NCBI GenBank assembly: GCA_028714495.1
Contig: JAQTMH010000001.1
Coordinates: forward strand, 9,721 to 73,720
DNA from: Patescibacteria group bacterium
Lineage (GTDB): Bacteria > Patescibacteriota > Patescibacteriia > JAHIZJ01
Length of the DNA: 64,000 nt
Reading direction: 5' to 3'
The notes under the pieces were generated by a model. The model was not told the DNA's origin. It saw only the letters and a list, made by a program, of their open reading frames with translations, and did no database searches. Both the position numbers and the translations under genes were made by a program. Positions within the stretch are counted from its first letter, which is position 1. Each line of letters starts with the position of its first letter. Of this stretch, positions 48,222-59,133 are shown piece after piece.

Positions 48222-51200
48222 TTATGAGGTAACTTTTACAATTCCTGAGAAATAGCTCGAACAATAGGCGGGTGAACTGCCGCAAGGGAACGGCTCCGCT
48301 TCAGACCATCGACAAGTCGCGAACGGCGTATCACCGCCCCGGCACGCTCCTTGGCAGCTACCACCAAAACACTCAGCATTATTAGCGCATTGCTGGCCGT
48401 CACGATCACCACCAGAACAATTTCCGCTGCCCTTTTCCCAATTGTCCTGAACCCACACTCTCACGTAGCAGCCATCTGCACAGCTTGGATATACATACTC
48501 ATGGTGGGCATAGTGATAGGGACCATCGGGATTTGAGAGCGGTCCGATTGCTACGTTTATTGTCTGGAGGGGTGTGCCGTCGCCCCAGTCAATAAATATA
48601 TTCTTTATTGGTATCTGTTCAGAATCGACCGTCGAATTAAAGCTCAATATGGCCGTGCCGCCGCCGTTTGGAATTTGTATTGCCCCGGTCCGGTTGTTAA
48701 TCTTGATATTAAATACCGACGGCTGGATCCAACAATAATCATAGGGAAAGCCGCTGGTTTGATCGGGCCGCGTATCAGAACTTTCGCCGGTATTATTTAC
48801 TAAGCGGCATTGAGGCATGCTAGCGAAATCATTGTTATAGGCTGTCCTAAAGAGCGTGGTGTCTTCGAAATATTTAGTGTCGCCCGGATTATAAGTCAGG
48901 CCGTCATCAATCTGATTGCAATAATTATCAGGATTTGTGTAGCCGCCCTGTAACTCATCGCATTGCTGTCCAGACAGTAGGCCGCCAACACAGACCTTAT
49001 CACCGCATTTATCCGGCGCACTAGGGCATTCTTCAATGACGCAGGGACAATCATCCTCGACATTACATCCTTCGCCAATATTATCGCCGACCGTGCAGAC
49101 ACCAATATATTCCTCACAGACGCCGCCGCTCACTCCGAAACAAGCCGCGTCAGAACCGCAGGCCTGGCCGCAGTAATATCCGCAACCTCCGGTTTGCTCA
49201 TCACCTTGCCAGGCGCAAACTGCTTCAGCGCAAAAACCATCCGGCACCTGATTGCCGTGTTCGTCAATGCCCCCCTCGCAATCATTGTCGTCTTCACAAG
49301 CCAGCTTGTCGTTTAAGCCTCCGACGCAGACTGCGTCAGCGCATACCCCCCCGGCTCCGCAAACGCCGGTTTCTTCGCAAAGCTCAAGCGACGTACTGCA
49401 CCTTTCTCTTTCACTGCAGGCCACTCCAGGTTCACAATTGCACCTATTAGCGCTCTTACGGCAGATATCCGCGTCGCTAAGGCAGGTGCCTAAACCCTGA
49501 CAATAATTCTGAGGCGTACCATTTGAAGCGCAAAGCTGGCTCGGCCGGCCGCTGCATACTCCATTAGCGCAGAAGCCGCCTGTGCCCTCGCAGTCGCATT
49601 CAAAAGTTCCGTAGGTACATTTGGAATTTGTATTGCAGGTATAAGTAGTCGGGCAATTGTTTTCAATGCTGCACGACACTGTTGTGTCTCCGTCACAACG
49701 CTGTCTCACCGCGCCGCACATATTGTCTACGGGCAGACACACATCCTTTGGCGGTGGCAGGCCTATGCAATCATCATTAGTCACACAAGGCCTGGAGCCT
49801 AAGGTTCTGCCTCCGCACCACCAACCGCATTCCTCATCTTCCGTGCAAGCGGGACCAGTAAGGTCATCCTGACAAACCGTGACCGTGGTGCAAGTGCCAA
49901 TACCCGGACAGTCGCAGTCTGGATTTGTGTTGGAAACGCACTTTTTATCTCCGCCGACCGAGGAACAGGTCGCGCCGAGCGGACAATTATTTGATATCGA
50001 GCAGGCTGCTCCTGGTTCATCTCCGCCTTCGCAGCGCTCGGATACACAGGCATCGTCTCCTCCGCCAGTACAAATAGAAAGGCCACAGGTTGTGGTCGTT
50101 CCCTCACAGACCCATTTGGGTTCACACACTTCTCCTGCCGGACAGCCGCAAGGCTCACCTTCTTTTTCACCGCCGACGCAGATTTTACCAGCGCAAACGC
50201 CGGCCGCGATATTACAATTCGAATTATCACCTTCGCTGCAGTTTTCTCCGGCCAGCAGGTAGTCCGGGTTACTCGAGGTGCAGGAATATTCATTCACGTC
50301 CGTACACCGTCCATCACCCCAGACCCAGACGCCTAGCACGTCGGCAAAAAGCCTCTCAACCCTCTTCAAACCTAAGCCACCGCCTTCAGCTTCATAACCT
50401 GTCGGCGGCTGTCCGGGCAAGGGCGGATACCCGGGCATGGCCGGATCCAAGCTCCCACTGAACTGCTCAATCGGCTTAAAAGTACTCGGAAATACGTCAT
50501 CGCAGGCTGTTACCCCGCTAGTATTGTGCTTGCACGAATATGGCGCTCCAGCCCGGGCAAGCTCTAAATAACTTGAATCCCAGAAACTCGCGTATGGATT
50601 TAGATCACCGCTTAGATAATAAATCGGCTGCATTTTTGATTTCAAATCATAGGCCTCGGTAAAAGGATCTCCCCAGGCCGAGTTGAAGTCCGAATCCCAG
50701 GTTCCCGGGTCATTAATGTCATTCGTTCCTTCAGCAGTCAGGCTCTGTTCGCCGGGTGGCACTAGGCTGCCGTAGTTATCTAGGTCCGAAGTGGGTTTTT
50801 CCGTATAGCCGATATCCCAAACCGCCGAGAGACCTCCATTTATCCTCTGCGCCCAAGCCGTGTTCTCGCCGTTTGAATCAACCGCCCGGCCGACCACATC
50901 ACAGCGCAGCGCCAATACTTCGGTCTTCAAATATGGGTAATCCCAGGGGCTGTTTCTTCCGCCGACAAGATTTCCATCAAAAGGCGCCCAGAAGCCAGCC
51001 AGGGGTTCTTTTTTACTCGTATATTCTAACGGCTCATCATGATCATCCCCATGTTCATAGTAATCGCAAACATCGCTCGACGGTATCCCATCTGGAATGC
51101 AAACATGCCAGCATTGATCCTGGTGACCGCCACCCCTGACAGCCTTTTCGCAGAGGAATTTATAATAACCATCAGCGCATTTATGGTTATGCGCGTAATT

Positions 51201-54200
51201 GCAGTTATGAAATGCTACGGTGTAGGGTCTCCGATATTCATAGAAGCTCGACTGAAGACAATAATAGAGCGGGGCATCGCCATAATATCCGACGACTTCG
51301 CCACCGCCGAAAATATTCGATTCGCCTTCAATAATATCAACCGGCCACCACTGCAGGCAAATATTAGAGTTCTGCGGATCACGCTCAAGGCAATAGCCCT
51401 TCCAACCCTTGTAAATACGGCTTTGTTCATCGACATAATCACAGGAGAGGGAATTGGCCGCGGGATAGAGCCGGCAAGACCGCTGAACCATGCGCTCGTC
51501 ATCGGGAAGTTCCGGCGGCTGGTCAGTCGCCTTCTTTTCCAGGACGGCTTGAAGCAATATGTCGTCTAAATAGAATTTTATCGGCGGCTCAAGCCCTCCG
51601 CCCTCGCCGTTGGGCAGAGCTTTCACAAAACTCAAATACGTCTGGCTGACAACATTGTCTGTTTTCAAGCTAAGAGTATAGTACTGCCAAAAATCAGTAG
51701 CGATCACCCGGCCGAATTCCTGGCAATTGTCGTTGTCATCGTTGTTATAGCAGTATTGAACCTTAATTGTCTCTCGCGAATCACTTAAAATTCTAAAGCT
51801 GATAATATAATTGCTGTCATTTTGCACCAGCGAACTCATCGAGGTTTTGGCCCCAGCATCCCGATCGGATGGATTAACCATCAATACTTTATTGTCCCCC
51901 GGATTTTTGGGATCATCAATCACGCTGATGTTGCTGGGAATCTGTTCCATGTTTCTGGCTTGCCAGGGACTGATACTGCCATTTTCGAAATCATGGTTCG
52001 GTAGATCCAATCCGCCGCCGATTTGCCTCATCGCGGCTGTCGGATAATAGCCGTGAACTACCCGGCAAATATTGCCGTCATTGGGTGTGCCACATTGATC
52101 ATCCTGGCAGCCGTTGGCTACGCCCGGACAATCATCTTGATCCCGGCATAATCCGCCGTCATTTTCACCGCCTTCGCATATTCCATCGCGCCAACACGAG
52201 GCACCATCTGCGGAACAGCCCCAGGTTAGTCCCACTCTCGAATAGCCGGAGAGATACCTGACCGCGTCTACCGTGGCCGGAGTATAAGTCAAATCAGTCG
52301 GGTGCGATGGAGCGGTGACCAAACGTTCAAGATATTCAGCCGGGGCCGGGGTGTCCGGATGCTCATATTGCGGAGGACGGACGCACTTGCCATTATTTTC
52401 GCAATCAGCGTCCAAACGGCAGGCTCTTTTCGGATCATTGTCGCACTGTCCTTCGCCCACCGGCTTGGTGCATTCGCCGTTCGAACCCATCTCCTGGCAA
52501 TTGCCGATGTCGTAACAAAGTCTCTCGTCTTGCCCATCCTGATTCGTGGAAGTGAAGCTGGTCTTGCAGTAAAGCCATTGATTGCAGACGCGGTCCCGAT
52601 CAACCTTGATAATGGTATTTGAATCGGCTTTACAATTGTCCACGCCTGGGCATTGGACCGGGCTGCCCTTATTTTCATCAATATCGCCGTAGGTCAGATC
52701 GCTATCATAGGTTAACTGGCCGCCGCTGGTATTATTAAAGAGGATGCACCCTTCGTCGGAATTAACCACGCCATAGCATGACGCCGTATCCGTCGAACCC
52801 TTTATGTAATAGTAAGGTTGACAGCCCGGCAAATAGTCTCCTGGCTCGCTGTAAGCGAAAGGATCGCAGTCTCCGTCTAGTTTATAGAAATTGCCCTGGG
52901 CGTCATACTCCACCCGGCAAGAAGCGCGGCAACCCTGATAAACGCACTCGCCGCCATCGCCGCAAGCAGAGTCAGAATCACAGTAGGCCCCAGGGGTCGG
53001 ACCGCCGGCGCAGATTCTATTGTTAGTGCTGGACACCAAAGATGGCTGCGGGTCTTGCGGATCACGGTACTCGTTGCAGCCGCTGGCCTTGTCTTTACAT
53101 TCACCGACCCAATACTCCGAGCAGGAAAGGCCAGCAACACCAGTTATGGACTCGCTGCAATCATCATCGGTCTGGCAGGCTCTTTCGGCGCAATAGCCGT
53201 CATTATCGCCATCTGAATCAGCGCATCCGAAATCCGGATCGTTCGGGTCAGCGTCAGAATCGCATGATTGACCAGCCCGATTACCGCCGTAGCATACTTC
53301 CGCGTGATCAGTGCAGAATCCGTCATTATCGCTGTTTGGATCATCACAGCCCAGGACCGGATCCTGACCGTCTGCCTGAGAGCTGCATTTCTGGTCATTA
53401 CGGTATCCGCCGTGGCAATATTCCTGCTGCTGCGGACCGCATACTTTGGTCGGCTGGGGATTTCCCAGATACTGTTCGCAACTGCCGTCAGGGCACTCGC
53501 CGCCTCCGCCAAAACAGGCCTTGCCTGCATTAGCCCCACCCACACAGGTATATTTCTCGACCGGACAAAGTTTATCGCTTCCCGCCTTAAACCAAGTATC
53601 ATAAAGCTTGCCCAGGATATTTACGCCGGTCCGATATTCGCAGGTCTGCTCGTTCGGGTCTTTGAAATTCGCATAGCTTCCGCCCTCACCGCCGATCGCG
53701 TATGCCTCGCAGGCCTGCTGCGACGCTTCGCAAAGACTGGTGGCATAGTTGTCAGGAACATTCCTAAGGTAAACGGTGTCATATTTATTGACCCGACCGT
53801 CCTGATCGAAGCTTGGTCGGCCGAGAGCCTGGCAGCCTTTTGCCTCGGCCTGGCAATAGCGCTTAGAGTCATTGACCAATGGATGCACGCTGTCAGCCAC
53901 CGTGACCTGGCCTAGGGTATCGGTCTCAAAAGGTGAAACAGAATTCTGGGTATCAATCACGCTTTCACAGCCAACTTTTTCCGGCCGGCACAGGCTGGTG
54001 AAACTCTTTAAGTAATAATCATTCTTTTTACTGTCTCGATAAAGAGAGCAGCCCACCCATTCATCCGGACACTCATTAAAGCTGTTGTATTTAAGATAAA
54101 CATTGCCCTTAGTTTCCCAGAGGATGATATTGTCAATGAAAAACGCGCTGGTGCCGGAAATCTTGAATACCTCATTAGGATCGACATTGGCCAAAAACTG

Positions 54201-57200
54201 GGCTGGACCGAGCACGTAACGATTCCAGCCTTGCTTGGTAGCAACCGCCTCGCCGGCAAAACTAGTGCCACTGGGATCAAAAGAAGCGGTCAGAGTCGAG
54301 TCCGCGTCCACGGCCTTGGCCCAAAACTCCACCAGATAGGTCCGGCCAGTTTCTATCAATGAGGAAACTGAATATCGCATTTCAGAGGGCACTCTGACTG
54401 AAAGGCCGCCGGCCTTGAGCGACTCTGAGCTGATTGCGACTTCAGCCGGCTCCCAACCGTTGGCATCGCCATCTTCAAAATCATCCTGGATAACCCGGCG
54501 GATATTGTAGCCGGTGCTGCCTCGATATTCACGGCAGCCAGCCTGATTACTCGGGCATCTGATACTCTGGGCCGGGATGGCGTTATAGACTGTGCCGTCC
54601 AGAGTATTTCTCAAAGGATGGCAATCGTCAGAACAAGTTATTGTTTTCGTATTCAAACACAAGTAGCTGTTACCGTTCTGGGCATAGTATGGAGTGCAGC
54701 CAGCTTCAGTCGCGGGATCGCAATCACATGTCCCATCAGTTAATTCAGGCGGTCCGCTCGCCGAGCCTTTCAATGATTCGGCCACCAGCTGATAACCTCG
54801 AACATCATCACCTTCCCAGCGGTAATAGGTCGCGCACTCTGGTCCGGGCTTTAAGCACTGACGGATATAAGTATAGTATTCCAGGCCTTCGCCGCCCGCC
54901 GCCACTTCGTCAAGATTAGTGTATTCCTCGCAACCGACGTAGGCGGCTTCGCAGGTTTGGCCGCTCTTGGCGATTAAATTGAAATTAGGCAGACCGGTTT
55001 CCTGATTAATGCCGTTTCTCTCAACCAGGCTTAAATCAGTACCATTGGCTAACGACATCTGCATATACGATTTGCATCCTTCAAATTCAGCCGGGCAATA
55101 ATCAGCCGGAGTGACTACGCCGGGCACCTTGTCGCCTGCTTCAGCCGGGTCATAAAGTTCACAGCCGACCTCATCCATCCGACAAACCAAGGACTCTGAT
55201 GATAAAGACATGCCAATATTATCAACTACTCCGCCACTAAGATTAATTCGAACAAAGGCCGCGCCGCTATTATCAGCCTCTATGCCAAAATCAACCCAGG
55301 TCCATGAGCCATTATCAGCTATGACCTGAGTCCTGGCGTCACTGGCATTGGCAGTCAGATTACAGTCAGCCAAGACGGCGTGGCTTTGGTCCAGACATTC
55401 AGTTGTAATCGGGGCGGCGGCTCCGCCAGTCTTGACCCAGGCATAAACATCATAACGGGAACCTGGGCTTACCGAGACGTCTTGGAAACCGCCCGAACCA
55501 GCGTATTTGTCTCCATAGCCCGCGTCAATGTTTATGGTTGTACCGATCCAGCCGTCAGCCGAACTGTTGCCTGGCTCTCGCGAACTACGATAACCCGCGC
55601 CAATGCCCGGATCATTATTGTACGCCGGATAAAAATCAGTGCCGTTATCAATACTGAAACTGCCATTAGCCACTAGATTCTCACTCTGGTCTTTGACATA
55701 AATTTGATTGGAGCCGGCGTAGTTGACATAAGAGGTAACATCACCCAGTTCAAGCTGAACCGCATCAAGATAGAGTTGGCAAGCCGGCTTGATAATTTTG
55801 AGACCGATCTTGGTGTCATTATCAAAAGGCGTTTCCGGCCGATCTGGAATCGTTGCCGAAACCACCAGTCTCTTCCACTCTCCGGCCGCTATATCAAACG
55901 ACGGATATTGAACTGGATCAACATAGTTTTCCATGATATCATCGCCGTTATGATCAGCGCCTATCTGCATTTCTAGTCCGTTGCAGCCATCGCTCGAGCG
56001 GCCGAAAAACGAGAGGGTAAAAGATTTTCCGTAAGTTTGGGCTGCCGTATCAATCGTATATTCTAGCGCGCCGGACCCGGTAGTCAGCATTGAGTAGCTT
56101 CCCTCATACATCTGGCTAGTGGCATAGGTTGTAATTGTACCGTCTTTCTTCCACTCCCAGTGCGGGTAGCTCGCCATGAAATTATCGGCAAAATTTGAAT
56201 CTGGCGGATCACCCTGGTCATCGGCTTTGCCTGAATCAGGCAGACCTTCGATCTGGCCAAACGACTCAAAGCCCGAATTAGCCACTAAGTTGGTTCCGGG
56301 CACGAGCCTGATGTATTCATGGCAGCCCTGATCTTTCTTTTCACATCCTTCGACGCTGCCGTCAAAGCGTATTTTATCGCCGGAGGCGAGATAGTCTTCC
56401 GAACTGCAGACAAACGAATCCAGGCCAGTCGAATAATCCTGGCAATACCACTGGCAACCGGCGTTATCGCCTGAACAAGAATCGTAATTTACCGTATTTT
56501 GAATATAGGAAACGGTTTTATTATCCGAGTCGGTGAACGTCTGGCAACTGTTTTCGTAGGCCTCGCACTCTGTGCCCTGGAATTTCCAGATCGGCTTTTC
56601 TTCGGTACAGTAGCCGTAAAATTTACAGCTGCCGTCCTCCGCTTCGGCGATACAGGTCCTTTCGTCAGCGCAATAGTTGTTTCGGCTCACAATCCGCTGG
56701 GGCTCATCGGCTTCGTTAATGACATCATCACCATTAGTATCTTTGGTTCTTTCATACTGGTCCGTGACCAGTTGCTCGCCCGGTCCCTCGCGCTTGCAGA
56801 AAGTGTCGGATACCTTCAAAACCCAGTTGGGGTCAATAAGATGATAGAAAGGATTATTTCCGTTTTCCGGTGTCGGCTCAACGTCATACAGATCAACCAG
56901 CTCTTGCAGGCCGAAATTCTTTGCCGGCGAAACGTAATTTTTTATGTAAAGCGCGGCCGCTTCCCAGGTCGATGGGATTATTCGGTATTTTCTTAATATC
57001 ACAAGGCTGCGGTAGGGATAGCCATTGAAATATTCTGGCTCCTGGCCAGTGGCGTCATAGCCAAACGTCCGATCGCCTTTGAGGAGTCCGGCTTCAAGCG
57101 CTTCCTTCACCGTCATCTTCTGATCAAGCGCCGCCCGAAAATCATCGTCTATTACGCAATTATTCGTTTCCTTGAACTCAGCTGGACAGCTTACTAAAGT

Positions 57201-58217
57201 ATTTAATATATCGATTGGTCCGCGCACCCGGAAACTCGGCTTGGTTAATTCCAAATTATAACTCTTGGCCGCCGCGATGCCCGGCCGGCCCATCCCGCCG
57301 GGCGTCAGCGAACCATAATCGGATGGAGCAACGCCCTTTTCAAATATGGTTTTATATAACCGGCTGATCAAGGTATTGGAAAATATATCGATAGCATCGG
57401 CAATAATGCTGCCCGTCGTTGTCGTTTCAGCCTTAGTCGCCATCTCAAGAGTCTTATTAATCACCGCCTCATCCCATTCTCTTGAGGTTTTTATATCCCC
57501 GGTAACAGTATCTTTTGTACCCTCGAAGCTGCTGGCAGTCCGTTCTAGCTCGGCCGTAGCCTTAGCTTCGTACTTGGTATCCGAAACTGTGGACAGGATT
57601 GACATAAAAGCGCCGATCTCGCTCGAGGTGTAATCAAAGCTTTTCTGAAAATCAATCATATCGCTGGTGGTCATCTTACTGATCCGGTCGATATTCCTCT
57701 CTATCTGATGGAGCGGGCATTTAAAAGTCTTATCAATGTCTGGTTCCAGAGTACGCCTGGCCATGATAGTTAGTTTGATCTGCACTTGCGGAGTAAAGGT
57801 GCAAAGGCTCTTGCCAAAATAGGCGGTAGTAATATTATCCAAAAATTCTCCAGCCGCTCCGTCACCAATTTGCTGCATGAATTTACCCGGATTAGTCCAG
57901 AAAAGTGGTTTTTGCCCCTTGCCGCCAGAGCCCAAATAGACTGCCGCGTCATAGGCGACTTTATTGGCAAAATAAGAAAGCGCTTTTTTGTAAGCCACCA
58001 TTCCCGCGTTCTGGGCTACGAACTTCGTCAAAGTCCAGATATAGCTAATCGTATCAGGTATACTGGCCAGAACGCTCACCGGAAAGCCTGCCTGGGTCTT
58101 TGGCACGGTAAATAAAAAGACTCCCACTAAGGAAGAGAAGACAACCGAGAAAAGCATTCCGACAATAAACAATCTAGCGCTTTTTCTTCTGGGAGATTTT
58201 GATTTAGAAGCTTCCAT
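48222..58217 (-). CDS. Giant (3331 aa) Cys-rich cell-surface protein with N-terminal signal anchor
   Basis: Uninterrupted 10-kb ORF. N-terminal MEASKSKSPRRKSARLFIVGMLFSVVFSSLVGVFLF anchor. The C-terminal ~1500 aa are extremely Cys/Gly/Asp-rich with recurring C-x-x-G-x-C, CVGG and D-x-D-x-D-G-x-C (thrombospondin-type-3-like) repeats. Confidence 0.8.
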   Translation of the reverse strand: MEASKSKSPRRKSARLFIVGMLFSVVFSSLVGVFLFTVPKTQAGFPVSVLASIPDTISYIWTLTKFVAQNAGMVAYKKALSYFANKVAYDAAVYLGSGGKGQKPLFWTNPGKFMQQIGDGAAGEFLDNITTAYFGKSLCTFTPQVQIKLTIMARRTLEPDIDKTFKCPLHQIERNIDRISKMTTSDMIDFQKSFDYTSSEIGAFMSILSTVSDTKYEAKATAELERTASSFEGTKDTVTGDIKTSREWDEAVINKTLEMATKAETTTTGSIIADAIDIFSNTLISRLYKTIFEKGVAPSDYGSLTPGGMGRPGIAAAKSYNLELTKPSFRVRGPIDILNTLVSCPAEFKETNNCVIDDDFRAALDQKMTVKEALEAGLLKGDRTFGYDATGQEPEYFNGYPYRSLVILRKYRIIPSTWEAAALYIKNYVSPAKNFGLQELVDLYDVEPTPENGNNPFYHLIDPNWVLKVSDTFCKREGPGEQLVTDQYERTKDTNGDDVINEADEPQRIVSRNNYCADERTCIAEAEDGSCKFYGYCTEEKPIWKFQGTECEAYENSCQTFTDSDNKTVSYIQNTVNYDSCSGDNAGCQWYCQDYSTGLDSFVCSSEDYLASGDKIRFDGSVEGCEKKDQGCHEYIRLVPGTNLVANSGFESFGQIEGLPDSGKADDQGDPPDSNFADNFMASYPHWEWKKDGTITTYATSQMYEGSYSMLTTGSGALEYTIDTAAQTYGKSFTLSFFGRSSDGCNGLEMQIGADHNGDDIMENYVDPVQYPSFDIAAGEWKRLVVSATIPDRPETPFDNDTKIGLKIIKPACQLYLDAVQLELGDVTSYVNYAGSNQIYVKDQSENLVANGSFSIDNGTDFYPAYNNDPGIGAGYRSSREPGNSSADGWIGTTINIDAGYGDKYAGSGGFQDVSVSPGSRYDVYAWVKTGGAAAPITTECLDQSHAVLADCNLTANASDARTQVIADNGSWTWVDFGIEADNSGAAFVRINLSGGVVDNIGMSLSSESLVCRMDEVGCELYDPAEAGDKVPGVVTPADYCPAEFEGCKSYMQMSLANGTDLSLVERNGINQETGLPNFNLIAKSGQTCEAAYVGCEEYTNLDEVAAGGEGLEYYTYIRQCLKPGPECATYYRWEGDDVRGYQLVAESLKGSASGPPELTDGTCDCDPATEAGCTPYYAQNGNSYLCLNTKTITCSDDCHPLRNTLDGTVYNAIPAQSIRCPSNQAGCREYRGSTGYNIRRVIQDDFEDGDANGWEPAEVAISSESLKAGGLSVRVPSEMRYSVSSLIETGRTYLVEFWAKAVDADSTLTASFDPSGTSFAGEAVATKQGWNRYVLGPAQFLANVDPNEVFKISGTSAFFIDNIILWETKGNVYLKYNSFNECPDEWVGCSLYRDSKKNDYYLKSFTSLCRPEKVGCESVIDTQNSVSPFETDTLGQVTVADSVHPLVNDSKRYCQAEAKGCQALGRPSFDQDGRVNKYDTVYLRNVPDNYATSLCEASQQACEAYAIGGEGGSYANFKDPNEQTCEYRTGVNILGKLYDTWFKAGSDKLCPVEKYTCVGGANAGKACFGGGGECPDGSCEQYLGNPQPTKVCGPQQQEYCHGGYRNDQKCSSQADGQDPVLGCDDPNSDNDGFCTDHAEVCYGGNRAGQSCDSDADPNDPDFGCADSDGDNDGYCAERACQTDDDCSESITGVAGLSCSEYWVGECKDKASGCNEYRDPQDPQPSLVSSTNNRICAGGPTPGAYCDSDSACGDGGECVYQGCRASCRVEYDAQGNFYKLDGDCDPFAYSEPGDYLPGCQPYYYIKGSTDTASCYGVVNSDEGCILFNNTSGGQLTYDSDLTYGDIDENKGSPVQCPGVDNCKADSNTIIKVDRDRVCNQWLYCKTSFTSTNQDGQDERLCYDIGNCQEMGSNGECTKPVGEGQCDNDPKRACRLDADCENNGKCVRPPQYEHPDTPAPAEYLERLVTAPSHPTDLTYTPATVDAVRYLSGYSRVGLTWGCSADGASCWRDGICEGGENDGGLCRDQDDCPGVANGCQDDQCGTPNDGNICRVVHGYYPTAAMRQIGGGLDLPNHDFENGSISPWQARNMEQIPSNISVIDDPKNPGDNKVLMVNPSDRDAGAKTSMSSLVQNDSNYIISFRILSDSRETIKVQYCYNNDDNDNCQEFGRVIATDFWQYYTLSLKTDNVVSQTYLSFVKALPNGEGGGLEPPIKFYLDDILLQAVLEKKATDQPPELPDDERMVQRSCRLYPAANSLSCDYVDEQSRIYKGWKGYCLERDPQNSNICLQWWPVDIIEGESNIFGGGEVVGYYGDAPLYYCLQSSFYEYRRPYTVAFHNCNYAHNHKCADGYYKFLCEKAVRGGGHQDQCWHVCIPDGIPSSDVCDYYEHGDDHDEPLEYTSKKEPLAGFWAPFDGNLVGGRNSPWDYPYLKTEVLALRCDVVGRAVDSNGENTAWAQRINGGLSAVWDIGYTEKPTSDLDNYGSLVPPGEQSLTAEGTNDINDPGTWDSDFNSAWGDPFTEAYDLKSKMQPIYYLSGDLNPYASFWDSSYLELARAGAPYSCKHNTSGVTACDDVFPSTFKPIEQFSGSLDPAMPGYPPLPGQPPTGYEAEGGGLGLKRVERLFADVLGVWVWGDGRCTDVNEYSCTSSNPDYLLAGENCSEGDNSNCNIAAGVCAGKICVGGEKEGEPCGCPAGEVCEPKWVCEGTTTTCGLSICTGGGDDACVSERCEGGDEPGAACSISNNCPLGATCSSVGGDKKCVSNTNPDCDCPGIGTCTTVTVCQDDLTGPACTEDEECGWWCGGRTLGSRPCVTNDDCIGLPPPKDVCLPVDNMCGAVRQRCDGDTTVSCSIENNCPTTYTCNTNSKCTYGTFECDCEGTGGFCANGVCSGRPSQLCASNGTPQNYCQGLGTCLSDADICRKSANRCNCEPGVACSERERCSTSLELCEETGVCGAGGVCADAVCVGGLNDKLACEDDNDCEGGIDEHGNQVPDGFCAEAVCAWQGDEQTGGCGYYCGQACGSDAACFGVSGGVCEEYIGVCTVGDNIGEGCNVEDDCPCVIEECPSAPDKCGDKVCVGGLLSGQQCDELQGGYTNPDNYCNQIDDGLTYNPGDTKYFEDTTLFRTAYNNDFASMPQCRLVNNTGESSDTRPDQTSGFPYDYCWIQPSVFNIKINNRTGAIQIPNGGGTAILSFNSTVDSEQIPIKNIFIDWGDGTPLQTINVAIGPLSNPDGPYHYAHHEYVYPSCADGCYVRVWVQDNWEKGSGNCSGGDRDGQQCANNAECFGGSCQGACRGGDTPFATCRWSEAEPFPCGSSPAYCSSYFSGIVKVTS

Positions 58218-58222
58218 ATTTA

Positions 58223-59050
58223 TTATTCTTGGGGGGTCTCATCAATCGCCTGGTTGAAAATCGATTTCAGTGTTTCGTCATCTACTCCGCTCAGGGTGTC
58301 TGCCGGAATGCCGGACAGCTCCATCAGTGTTCTGATTTCAGCGGCGCTAAGCTGTCGGAGTTTATCAATCGACAAGTCGCTGGTCAGGTCTGTCTGATTT
58401 TGATTATTAACGCTGGTATTTGAATTGGCCGGCGCCTGATTGACGTTCGCGTTTACCGTTTCCTCCTTGAGAGCGTCCGCGTACATCTCCCTCAAATCGG
58501 CATCGCTGATTTGATTCAGCTTTTCCTCTGGCACGCCGGAACTTAAGAGCACTTCCCGAAGCTGTTCAATCGGCAATTCATCGGGAGAAGGATTTACATT
58601 CGCGTTTGACGAATTGCTATTGGAGTTGGCATTAGTCGGGAGATTGGCATTCGTCGAGGTATTGGTATTTTCATTGAGCAGATCGTAAAGATTCGTCTGA
58701 GTGTTTGTATTAGCCGTCGGTGTGCGGCAGGTTTTTCCTTCGGGACAATTCGGGTCCGTTCCCATCTGCAGCTCCTGTTTATCAGAAACACTATCGCTAT
58801 CAGAATCTGCCAGGTAGGGCGAGGTGTCATAGATATAAAGTTCGTCAAAATCCGACAACCCGTCATTGTCCGTATCTTTTTGCCGAAGAGCTTGAATTTC
58901 AGCTGTGGCAACTTTTTCGTTGGACGTCTCTGCCAAATCACTAAATGGTCCTTTGATCGACTTGGCCACCTGAAAAAAACCCAAGACTACGCCAGACAGA
59001 CCGACTGCCAGAATAATCCCCGCTATGGTTTTATCTTTTATTTTCATCAA
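58223..59050 (-). CDS. Membrane-anchored protein with thrombospondin-type-3-like Ca-binding repeat and Asn-rich low complexity
   Basis: TM anchor, DTDNDGLSDFDELYIYDTSPYLADSDSDSVSD (DxDxDGxxDxxE repeat) and an N/T/S-rich middle. Its stop lies 6 nt before the giant-gene start. Confidence 0.55.
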   Translation of the reverse strand: MMKIKDKTIAGIILAVGLSGVVLGFFQVAKSIKGPFSDLAETSNEKVATAEIQALRQKDTDNDGLSDFDELYIYDTSPYLADSDSDSVSDKQELQMGTDPNCPEGKTCRTPTANTNTQTNLYDLLNENTNTSTNANLPTNANSNSNSSNANVNPSPDELPIEQLREVLLSSGVPEEKLNQISDADLREMYADALKEETVNANVNQAPANSNTSVNNQNQTDLTSDLSIDKLRQLSAAEIRTLMELSGIPADTLSGVDDETLKSIFNQAIDETPQE

Positions 59051-59133
59051 ATAATTTTGTTTTCTAACCGTTCAATATATGGGAATATTGCTCAAATTTT
59101 ACTACCCCATTATATCACATTAGATGGTATGTG

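Noticed and set aside
48222-58217. Dozens of 60-170-aa ORFs on both strands inside the giant gene (and similarly inside mfd, topA and the SPFH gene)
   Set aside because: They are nested within a long uninterrupted ORF with strong compositional periodicity. Their translations are low-complexity (Pro/Ser/Arg/Ala-rich) mirror images of the Cys/Gly-rich coding frame.
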